Below, piece by piece: positions 28,498 through 36,722 of a DNA stretch of 64,000 nucleotides (position 1 is the first letter of the stretch; every line of letters starts with the position of its first letter). Both the position numbers and the translations under genes were made by a program. The stretch comes from an uncultured Nitrososphaerota archaeon (GTDB lineage Archaea; Thermoproteota; Nitrososphaeria; Conexivisphaerales; DTJL01), in assembly GCA_963842885.1 (NCBI GenBank), contig CAWJIE010000005.1, positions 96,001-160,000 of the forward strand, given 5' to 3'. The notes beneath the pieces were generated by a model, which was not told the DNA's origin, did not search any database, and saw only the letters and a program-made list of their open reading frames with translations.

Positions 28498-29206
28498 TTA
28501 AGCCTTTGTGCGGCCTAAGGAGGCGAGCTTCTCCACGATCTCCTTCACGGACCCCTTATAGGAGACCGCCAGCACTAGATGCTCCTTCTCCGCCAGCTGG
28601 ACCGCAAGGGGGTCGAGCTCGTGGAGGCCGTGTATGACCACGACCCGAGGCTTGAGCTGGGAAACGCGAATGGCCACCATGGGGCTGCGTCCCAAGCCCA
28701 CCTGTGTGAATACGACGATGCGCTCCGTGCTCTTGCCATATATCTTGTAGAATTCGACGCCAGAAAGAGAGTAAATCGTCCTGATGCTGTCCAGGACGGT
28801 GTAGCCGAAGACGAGCCTTTCGAGCTGATCCTGCCCCGCGAGAACCTGGGCGCCCAGCTCGCTGAGGACTTTCCCGACGGTCACGGGCTCGGCAGTATTC
28901 GCCGATGCCGAGGATGGCGCTGGAGTCCATCTGGGCAGGCTTGCTGGTGAGGAGGCGGTTCCCCTCCTTGTCAAGGGAGATCAGGGCGTCGACGAATCTC
29001 TTGAGGAACATCGCGCCAGGGGAATGCCTGCGGCCGTTTTCATAGTCGCTGAGGACGGAAGGCGAAACCCCCATCGCCCTTGCCAGCTGGGCCTGACTGA
29101 TCCTGCCCTTCTCCCGCCAGAGCTTCATCGACCTCCCGGGGCTGGCACTGACCGTCAACTCCCCGGCGATGCTGATGGCGAGGTCGTCGGTTGATTCTCC
29201 CAACAT
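28498..29206 (-). CDS. Archaeal XRE-HTH transcriptional regulator (COG1709-like; frameshift near 28890)
   Basis: IAGELTVSASPGRSMKLWRE..SPSVLSDYENGRRHSPG; second frame GYTVLDSI..GRSPMVAIRV. Confidence 0.8.
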
Positions 29207-29301
29207 GCCTCGAGCGGCCGGTTTTGTATATAACATTTGCCTGAAGAACGTTGGACATCTGACGATTTCGGCGGCGATGAGCTGGCAGTTGTTCCCTCGC
29301 A

Positions 29302-30786
29302 TCAGCTTCCTTGCTTCACCGTCTTCCTTTCGACCGCCTCCTGTGCCGAGAAGAAGAGCCGGGTGAAGCCCAGCGTCTGGAACCCCGCGTCGCGCACCCG
29401 GAGGACGACGGGGAGGTCGCCGACGGCCTTCCCCAGCATCAGGCAGTGGCGTGGAGGGAGGGACCTCACGATGCTCTTCACAGTCTCGGCGTCGGTCATC
29501 GAGGCCTGGGCCACCGTCTCAAGGTCGCGGTCGTTGGTGAAGTTGTAGAGGAACACGTTGTCGGCCTGCCTGTAGACGCCGGCGCCCAGGGCGTCGGGCT
29601 GGTTGGTGACGAAGACAGTGAAGACCCCGTAGTGGCGCATCCTCGTGATCAGATCCTCCCAGTAGGTCTGCCTTAGGTAGAGGTGGGCCTCCTCCGCGAA
29701 GAGGAACATGGGCGGCAGCATGCGCTGCTCTAGGGTCTCCACCACCTTGGCGAGGAGGGCCTCGACTATCATCCGCCTCGCCAGCGGGTTGACGCCGGCC
29801 ATCGATACGATGACGGCTCCTCCCCCTGCCTGGCTGGAGTAGAGGTCCTCCAACCGCACTTCGTACCTCTCGGAGTCGGTGAAGAGGCCGGAGGAAAGAA
29901 GGCTGTAGTATCTCGACAGGAGAGCGTCCCTCACTAGCTCATTGCAATGCCAATGCTGGATGACCTCCTCCATGTCCTTGAGCGTGATTCTTCCGGAGCT
30001 CTCGAGGTAGTCCCAGACACGAAGGAACTCTCTCAGGGTGGCCCCAGGGACCTCCAGCACGTTCTGGAAGATGTCCAGCATTATCCGCCTGCCGAGGTAC
30101 CTTATCGTGAACTTCAGGTTATGCCCGGGCTGGAGGACCTTGACCTTGTCCGCGTATCGGCTGGCGGAGCCGTCGCGGGAGAACGAAAGCCCGCCGTATT
30201 CGTTGTTAAGGTCGAAGACCAGGATATAGGCCCCGAAGTCCAGGAGGCCCGCGGCGAGCAGCTTCGCGATGTGAGACTTGCCCGCTTCCTTCCTGCCGGT
30301 TATTATTGTGAGCCTGCCGTCCAAGTCCTCCGCGTTGATGGAGAACTCCTCGCCGGAGAGGGTGCTTCCCAGCCGGATTGGCCTCCCGCCTCGCCGACCC
30401 ATGAGCGAATAGAGCTCGTCAAGGGGAAGCCTTGCGATGCGGCTGTTGCTCCTGCTCGGGAGCCAGCCCATGTCGGGGAGGGCCACCCCGCGGTCCACCA
30501 CGCACCGTATCTTGCATTTGAGGACCTTCGCGTCCTTGATCATGTATGAGATGCTGTTCAGCTGGAGGGGGTCGCTGTGGACAAGCTCGGATGTCGCGAA
30601 GAGCTCGTCCCTGAGCATCTCCTCTTGGATTCCCATGGAGTCGAGGTAGGTATCATCGTAGACTTGGACGATGAGAGAGCGCCCCTCCTTGTCGTCCGAA
30701 ATCTTGACGTAGTCGCCCTTCTTGAAGTCCTCCTCGGGCATGGTGAGGATGCGGATCTCGTCCCCCTGCTTCTCGAGTATCTTCAG
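29302..30786 (-). CDS. herA: HerA-like helicase/ATPase
   Basis: Walker A GRKEAGKS, Walker B FAEEAH, RMRHYG, TNQP; frame stays open upstream to a CTG at 30786 overlapping the nurA stop. Confidence 0.85.
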   Translation of the reverse strand: MKILEKQGDEIRILTMPEEDFKKGDYVKISDDKEGRSLIVQVYDDTYLDSMGIQEEMLRDELFATSELVHSDPLQLNSISYMIKDAKVLKCKIRCVVDRGVALPDMGWLPSRSNSRIARLPLDELYSLMGRRGGRPIRLGSTLSGEEFSINAEDLDGRLTIITGRKEAGKSHIAKLLAAGLLDFGAYILVFDLNNEYGGLSFSRDGSASRYADKVKVLQPGHNLKFTIRYLGRRIMLDIFQNVLEVPGATLREFLRVWDYLESSGRITLKDMEEVIQHWHCNELVRDALLSRYYSLLSSGLFTDSERYEVRLEDLYSSQAGGGAVIVSMAGVNPLARRMIVEALLAKVVETLEQRMLPPMFLFAEEAHLYLRQTYWEDLITRMRHYGVFTVFVTNQPDALGAGVYRQADNVFLYNFTNDRDLETVAQASMTDAETVKSIVRSLPPRHCLMLGKAVGDLPVVLRVRDAGFQTLGFTRLFFSAQEAVERKTVKQGS

Positions 30787-31810
30787 CTCGCCCCGCGCCT
30801 CCTAGACATGGTCAGGGGGCCGAGGACGGTCTTTCGCAGGCTGTCAGAGGGGAGGACCGTGACCTTGGCCTTCCTGGTGAGCTGGCTCTTGACCACCGCC
30901 TCCTCGAGGTCGGAGAATATCGAAAGGAAGTGCGCCGCCCTCAACGTCTCCGGGTATCCCCTCACCAGCAGGTCGCTTTCGCCGACGGTGGAGAGGACCT
31001 CGTCGGGGTCCTCCGACCTCGTCAGGTCGACGCGGAAGGGCATGCCGTCGGACGTCAGCTTCGAAAGGTAAGACTTCCCGAGGAGGTCGGCCACGAAGAG
31101 CCTGACGTGCTGCGTGATGTCGACGTAGGAGGGAGGGAGCCCGTCCTCGAACAACTGGCTCTCTATCCCCTGCAGCACCTTTAGCTTCGTGCTCTTGGCG
31201 ATGCCCGCAAGGAGGGTGAGCTCGCCGTCGCACCTGTCGACAAGGGACTTCAGGGTGCTCCCCCTGGGTTCGAACACCGAGGGTTTCAGGGAGCCGTCTA
31301 GAAGCAACAACCCTTGCTCGAGGCTGGTGGAGACTTCATGCGCAAGCACTCTCTCCATCAGGACCCGGATAAGCCTCATGGCCATCCCGGAGTCCGAAAG
31401 GATGAGTCGCCTGGGCACAGGCTTCTCCAGCAGCCCGAGCAGGGTTTGGACACTGTCGTCGCCCACGTAGATTACACTGGGGCCGACCACAACGGAGTTC
31501 TTCGCGCCGCCTATGTTGAAGGCCAGTGAGGCCTTGGCAGCGTACACAGCGCCGTCGTCCGTCTCCGCGATCTGGATGACGCTCGAGTCCAACGCGGCGA
31601 CGTCTCTCCTCCTGCCCTTCGGCTGGATGGGGTGAATCTCGACCGCGTCCCCGGCGCTCCTCCAGCCCTTGATGGGCTCCAGGTCTTCGCCCCTCCTAAC
31701 CAGAACAAGCTTCTTGCCGTCCAGCTCGGAGAAGCTGTTGGCTGAGAGCTCCCCGAACCTGCTGACGGCGGGCGAAGAGAGGATAACGTTTAATTGCTTG
31801 TTCAACTTGA
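30783..31810 (-). CDS. nurA: NurA-like nuclease
   Basis: AALDSS, LLLDGSL, GIAKST, GYPETLRAAH; start uncertain. Confidence 0.8.
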
Positions 31811-31886
31811 CCAACAACAGTACAGGCTGGTAGGCTAAATAAATGTTGCGCAACTTGATTGTGTTCAACAATAAGGGGACTCGACG

Positions 31887-32285
31887 TTGAGCTCCACCGT
31901 CATACACATCAAGCTCAAGCGAGGCGGATGGGAGGTCGAGCTGGACGTCCCCGAAGACCGCGTGTCGGAGGTCATAGCGAAGGTCCTAGCCGGGCTGAGC
32001 GCGAAAGGCCCCGGCGAAGGCGGCCTCTTCGCCCAGGAGAAGCCCGATCGGGGAGTGACCTGCAAGACGTTGCTGGAGAAGCTCTGGGGCGAATCGTGGT
32101 TCGGGACGCTGCGGAGCCTTTCGGAGGTGGACGAGGAGCTGGCAAGGATAGGGTACCATTACGACAAGACGGCCATCTCTCACAGCCTCACCGACCTAGT
32201 CAGGGAAGGCACCTTGAGCAGGGACGGGACTCCCCGCAGCTACCGCTACGTGCAGAAGAAGCCTCCGGAGAACTCCCTAGCCTAG
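31887..32285 (+). CDS. Small protein: N-terminal beta-hairpin/helix domain plus C-terminal wHTH
   Basis: IHIKLKRGGWEVELDVPEDRV..; WFGTLRSLSEVDEEL..ISHSLTDLVREGTLSR..YRY. Confidence 0.75.
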   Translation: MSSTVIHIKLKRGGWEVELDVPEDRVSEVIAKVLAGLSAKGPGEGGLFAQEKPDRGVTCKTLLEKLWGESWFGTLRSLSEVDEELARIGYHYDKTAISHSLTDLVREGTLSRDGTPRSYRYVQKKPPENSLA

Positions 32286-32774
32286 CTTCCCGAGGGACTT
32301 CGCCAGCCAGTTGACGCCGGTCGTAGTGATGTAGTAAAAGACGCCGTTGTCGGAGGCAAGCCGGTCGGCGTGGCCGGCCTTCGTCATCTCGCTCAACCTC
32401 GAGCTTATGCTCTTCGGGTTGAGCCCCGTAAGGCGCTCAAGGTCCTGAAGGGTGGCCTTGTCCGAACTGAGCTTGGCCGCCTCCAAGCCAATCTTCAGCG
32501 ACACCAGCTGGAGGGCGATCAGCATCTTGTCGCTGAGCTTGGCGTCTGTGATGACGCGGGGGCCTTCAGGCGTCATGCGCACATAGTCCTGGAAGATGTT
32601 CGTGAGTTCAGAGAGGGAGTAGTTCAGCACGAGGGTCTTCGCCAGCTCGAGTGTGGGTATCTGCTTTGCCATCAGGTTGTTGAAGCTGACAGCGACCTCC
32701 TCCGGCGCGCCAATCAGGTCGGCTTCGAAGCCGTCGAAGTTGACGTGAACGCGGACCTCCTTTTTCTCAGACAA
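32277..32774 (-). CDS. Small protein: N-terminal beta-hairpin/helix domain plus C-terminal wHTH
   Basis: VRVHVNFDGFEADLIGAPEEV..; TLQDLERLTGLNPKSISSRLSEMTKAG..YYITTTGVNW. Confidence 0.75.
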   Translation of the reverse strand: MSEKKEVRVHVNFDGFEADLIGAPEEVAVSFNNLMAKQIPTLELAKTLVLNYSLSELTNIFQDYVRMTPEGPRVITDAKLSDKMLIALQLVSLKIGLEAAKLSSDKATLQDLERLTGLNPKSISSRLSEMTKAGHADRLASDNGVFYYITTTGVNWLAKSLGKLG

Positions 32775-32829
32775 ATCTCAAGACCTCATTGTTTCTAGAT
32801 CGCGACGTCTTGCGATGTAGTGCCCTCAC

Positions 32830-32990
32830 TCGGCGTTAAAAGACTTGCGGGTTCTGGGAAGTTATCGGTTGACTCTTCCCTTCGAGACATCGACTCTGAG
32901 GATTACAGGCATCGTCTGGTTCCCCTTCATCGCTTCAACTGCCTCGCCTTTGGAATGGGCGAACCTCACCCACCCTTTGTGCGAGATGTT
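32830..32990 (-). ncRNA. Predicted omegaRNA (reRNA) scaffold plus guide
   Basis: Stems GGGTGGGTGA/TCGCCCATTC, CGAGGCA/TGTCTCG and GGGAAG/CTTCCC overlap the tnpB 3' end; the guide would be the flank CGCAAGTCTTTTAACGCCGA. Confidence 0.6.
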
Positions 32991-34115
32991 CATGACGGCG
33001 ACCAAGTCCCGGTCGAACCACTTCCCGCACTTCGGACACCAGAGCTGTCTATCATGCTGGACGTCCTCTCTTGCTGCCCCTTGGAGTCTCTCCCCGCATC
33101 GGTAACAGTTCGACGACGTCCCTCTGGTCTCGGCTTCAGTCAGACGTATCACCGGGATGCCGGCCCACGCAGCCTTGTACTCGATCTGCCTCTTGATCTC
33201 GGCGTAGGGCCAGCTGTTCATCATCCCCCTGTAGCTCCTCCCCTGCCCGTTCCCTTTCTGGTAAAGCCTCCTGATATCTCGGATGTCTTCGAAGGCGATT
33301 GCTTGCTTATCCTTCACTGCGTCAGCTACGACCATTTTGGAGACTCTGTGGAGGATGTTCTGGATGCGGCCGCGTTTCCTCCTTCCGTACTTCGACGCTA
33401 TCCTCTTCCCAACCCGGACATCGTTCCTCTTGAAGGACCTGACCGCGCTCTTCGTAATCTCTGCTATGTCCACGGCCTTCGCCATGCCATAGTAGGTCAC
33501 CTTCCTATCGCCGCCCACCGTCAGGTTGCGAAGGTTCCTGTCTACCCCGACAGCGCTGGCCAGGCCCTTCAACTCCTCCACCTCTTTCGAATAGGAGACT
33601 GACAGCGATGTCTCCGTCAGCGTGAAGGAGTTCGCCTTCAGCGTCGTGTCGGACAGGACGTGCAATGTGTGCCTGTTCAGCGGTATCTCCTCATGCTTGC
33701 GATCTCCAGTTGGTATGCTAAGGACGCCATTGGTGACCTTGAAGCCATAGCAGGAGGTCAGCATCGGCCTACTCAGGTATGGAGACTTCGTCTGATTTCC
33801 CCTCCTAATCGATTTCTTCCTCGATGCCAGGATGCCGGCGGCCTTTGAAATGGCGCACAGCTTGTAGTAAGAGGGGACGCGGAACCTTGAAAGGCTTTGA
33901 TATGAAAGGAGGCTCAGGCGTCGGAGGGTCGAAGCGTCGCCGGACAGCCCTATGCGGATGCACTCATTCGTCATCTCCTTGAACGACCGCATGAAGATCT
34001 AGGACTTCCGATGAGGGAGAATATGACTGCCGCACCGCCTTCCTGGCCAGCAATTCAGAAATGCAGTACGGAATCACTATTAAGGGCCTGCATCAGCCGA
34101 CAACTTCCCAAAGCC
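32850..34115 (-). mobile_element. TnpB-only element with 23-bp TIRs and an 8-bp target-site duplication
   Basis: TIRs 32850-32872 (GGTTCTGGGAAGTTATCGGTTGA) and 34093-34115 (reverse complement GGCTTTGGGAAGTTGTCGGCTGA), 19/23 identical; flanks GACTTGCG (32842-32849) and GACTAGCG (34116-34123). Confidence 0.8.
32862..33992 (-). CDS. tnpB: RNA-guided endonuclease TnpB
   Basis: RuvC-I VGVDRN, RuvC-II IAFEDI, zinc finger CYRC..CPKC, RuvC-III DRDLVAVMNI; the true start is probably ~34054 (MLARKAVRQSY...), separated by small indels. Confidence 0.92.
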   Translation of the reverse strand: MRSFKEMTNECIRIGLSGDASTLRRLSLLSYQSLSRFRVPSYYKLCAISKAAGILASRKKSIRRGNQTKSPYLSRPMLTSCYGFKVTNGVLSIPTGDRKHEEIPLNRHTLHVLSDTTLKANSFTLTETSLSVSYSKEVEELKGLASAVGVDRNLRNLTVGGDRKVTYYGMAKAVDIAEITKSAVRSFKRNDVRVGKRIASKYGRRKRGRIQNILHRVSKMVVADAVKDKQAIAFEDIRDIRRLYQKGNGQGRSYRGMMNSWPYAEIKRQIEYKAAWAGIPVIRLTEAETRGTSSNCYRCGERLQGAAREDVQHDRQLWCPKCGKWFDRDLVAVMNISHKGWVRFAHSKGEAVEAMKGNQTMPVILRVDVSKGRVNR

Positions 34116-34175
34116 GACTAGCGTAACTCAGCGAAGAGGTCGCACGACCGTGGAAAGCGTACGCCCTTCTGTGCG

Positions 34176-34718
34176 TCACGGGCCGGCGACGGAAGCGTCG
34201 AAGACGGATGGAGTCGAACCAGGTCTCTCCTGGGCGGCCTGTTGGTATTCGGCGCCCGACTGTAGCAGGCTCGTGGAGGAGGTGTACAGGAAGTCGCCGT
34301 CAGGGCCCTTGAACCTCCTGAGCTTCCCCTCCTGTGCCAGCCGGAGCAGCGCCACTGCCACGGACTGCCTCGGGTAAACGAGGCCGAAGGACTCGAGGGC
34401 GCCCTTGACCTCTAGGAGGCGCCTGGGGGTCCTCCCCCATGAGGAGCCGAAGAGCTTCGTCATGATGCTGGGGAGCGATTCCCCCTTCTCCACCCTGAGC
34501 TCGGGGAGGTCCTGAAAGGGCGCCTGCTGGGCCTGCACGTTCGCCGGAGGCTGAGCTAGCGTCACGGGCGGAGGAATCGACGAAGGCTTCTCAGACGCCA
34601 TCCCTTCGACAATGGCAGGGACGAGCTCGATGAGGTCCTCCAAGGAGTCCTTCGGACCCTCGATTTCAACTTCGTTTGCACCGACCTTGACCCTGACCCT
34701 TACGTTATCAGAAGACAT
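34176..34718 (-). CDS. Small protein: N-terminal beta-hairpin/helix domain, Pro/Gln linker, C-terminal wHTH
   Basis: VRVRVKVGANEVEIEGPKDSL..; WGRTPRRLLEVKGALE..SVAVALLRLAQEGKLRRFK..FLY. Confidence 0.75.
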   Translation of the reverse strand: MSSDNVRVRVKVGANEVEIEGPKDSLEDLIELVPAIVEGMASEKPSSIPPPVTLAQPPANVQAQQAPFQDLPELRVEKGESLPSIMTKLFGSSWGRTPRRLLEVKGALESFGLVYPRQSVAVALLRLAQEGKLRRFKGPDGDFLYTSSTSLLQSGAEYQQAAQERPGSTPSVFDASVAGP

Positions 34719-34799
34719 CGTAAACAAGGTTGGAGAATGCCGATATAACGGTTTCCTGGGAAGGCTACGAAAGGAGAACGCTGGTCCTCAAGTATTCGT

Positions 34800-36722
34800 C
34801 TACTTCGATGTTTTCGCCGCGACTTCCTGGAGCTGCCGCTTCAGCTCGGCGCCGACCTTGGCGCCGTCCATCTTCCCCCTAGCCTTGGACATCACCCTGC
34901 CCATCAGGAGGCCGAACGACTCCGAGCCCTTGGATTGCACGATCTGGGAGTTCTCTCGAATCGTCTCTGCCACCAAGGCCGAGAGCTCTCCGGAGGTCAT
35001 CGCGCCCAGGCGAAGAGATTCCACCGCTTCAGCTATGCCATTCGCCTTCCTGGATAGGATGACCCTCAGGATGGCGGGCGCCGCCTCCTTGGCGATGTCC
35101 CCCCTCCCTATCCTGAGAAGAAGCTCCTCCAACAGGCTTTCGTCCACGTACCCTACGTCGAGCCCCTCCCTGCCCAGGCTGACGATGGTCTCTGTCAGGA
35201 AGGAGGCCACAAAAGTCGGCGCGAGCTTCGTCTCCCCTACGACCTTCTCGAAGAGCATGTAGTGCTCCGAGTCCAACAGGTGGTCGGCCTGCTCTTCGCC
35301 GAGCCCATGCCTGGCCATCAGTCGGCGGACCTGCTCCTCCCAGGGAGGGAGAAGCTTCTTCGACGCGACTTCTACCATCTCTGCGCTGATGGAGATGGGT
35401 GGTATGTCCGTCTCCGGATACATCCTCGCCGAGCCAGGCCGCGGCCTGATGAATCTCGTCCCCCCGTCAGTCATAGGACCTCTGGTTTCAGCAGGAGGGC
35501 CGACGAAAGCCTGCCTCAGCCTGTCCGTGATGGACCTCAGGCACAGGAGAGCACGCGTTTCCTCTCCAATCAGGAGGATGAAACCATCGCCGGGGCCACA
35601 GCCAAGTAGCTCCCTGACCTTCCTTACCTCATCGTTGGTAACGCCATAGCCGGGGAGCTCGTCGGAGTGCAGGAGGCCGCCGAGCTTGAAGAACCGGGCG
35701 ATGTCCGCCAGTTCGCGCCCCAGCCTCGTGTCGGGGTACGGCTCTTCCGAAAGGTGGCCGGCGAAGCCTGGCGCCTTCAGGCCGAAGACCGTCCCCTTCT
35801 TTAGGCCGGAGCTCACCAGCTTGCTCTGGGTCGAAGAGAAGACCCCAGTGCAGTCCTGAGGGGAGAACTCCACCTTCGATGGCTGAGCTCCCTCCTTCCT
35901 AAGCAGAGATGCCAGGTCGAGGAGCCAGAGCTGCCTCTTGGCTTCGTAACCCACCACCTGCGACACGAGGTCCAGCTGCTGGACCCCTTTGACCTCTATG
36001 ACCTCCCCCCCTCTGACGGAGACATTAATGTCCTGCCTGATGGTGCCCAGGCCCCTGTCCACCCTCCCCGTCGCCTTCAGGATCTTGCCGATCTCTCCCG
36101 CGATCTCCTGGACCTCCATCGGCTTCGCCGTGACGGGCGCGAGCGAAAGCTCGATGAGCGGGATCCCCAGCCTGTCGAGGGAGAAATCCCTCTCTCCCTC
36201 TCTCTCCTCAAGGTTCCTGGCAGCGTCCTCTTCAAGGGTGACAGAAAGTATAGGCACATCGGCCACGGCCGTCTTGAGAGTCCCTCCTAGGGCCACCACC
36301 ATCGTCCTCTGGAAGCCGGTCGTGTTGCTGCCGTCGATGACCATCTTGCGCATTACATGGACCTCGTCGACTATGTCTGACGAGAAGAGGGAGGAAATCA
36401 TGATGGAACTCTCTAACGCCTCCTGGTTCAGGTCATGCGGTGGCTCTTCGTCGGCCTCGACCAGGCAGCTGGAGTCGGCACCAGAGTAGTAGTTGAGCCA
36501 GAGGTTCTTGCTGGCTTCGAACAGGGCCGCCGGGTCCACCTTTCCGAGCTCGCTCTGGCTGGGCCGAAGCCGCCTCCGGAAGGTCCTCTCGCCGTCCTCC
36601 TTATGCTGCCCGCAGCCACAGAAGAGCTTGGTTCCGGTGTTCAGCTGGCGATGGATTTCAAGTCCGACCTTCAGGTCGATCTTCTTCGGATCAAAGGGGA
36701 AGGAAGTGTCCTTCATCTTCAC
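34800..36722 (-). CDS. gatE: Glu-tRNA(Gln) amidotransferase subunit E
   Basis: KVGLEIHRQL, MRKMVIDGSNTTGFQRT, RGLGTIRQDINVS, RPRPGSARMYPETDIP. Confidence 0.97.
   Translation of the reverse strand: MKMKDTSFPFDPKKIDLKVGLEIHRQLNTGTKLFCGCGQHKEDGERTFRRRLRPSQSELGKVDPAALFEASKNLWLNYYSGADSSCLVEADEEPPHDLNQEALESSIMISSLFSSDIVDEVHVMRKMVIDGSNTTGFQRTMVVALGGTLKTAVADVPILSVTLEEDAARNLEEREGERDFSLDRLGIPLIELSLAPVTAKPMEVQEIAGEIGKILKATGRVDRGLGTIRQDINVSVRGGEVIEVKGVQQLDLVSQVVGYEAKRQLWLLDLASLLRKEGAQPSKVEFSPQDCTGVFSSTQSKLVSSGLKKGTVFGLKAPGFAGHLSEEPYPDTRLGRELADIARFFKLGGLLHSDELPGYGVTNDEVRKVRELLGCGPGDGFILLIGEETRALLCLRSITDRLRQAFVGPPAETRGPMTDGGTRFIRPRPGSARMYPETDIPPISISAEMVEVASKKLLPPWEEQVRRLMARHGLGEEQADHLLDSEHYMLFEKVVGETKLAPTFVASFLTETIVSLGREGLDVGYVDESLLEELLLRIGRGDIAKEAAPAILRVILSRKANGIAEAVESLRLGAMTSGELSALVAETIRENSQIVQSKGSESFGLLMGRVMSKARGKMDGAKVGAELKRQLQEVAAKTSK

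Noticed and set aside
32850-34115. tnpB as a Cas12f with tracrRNA/anti-repeat
   Set aside because: There is no array; the complementary 23-mers sit at both ends with a flanking 8-bp duplication, which fits TIRs better.
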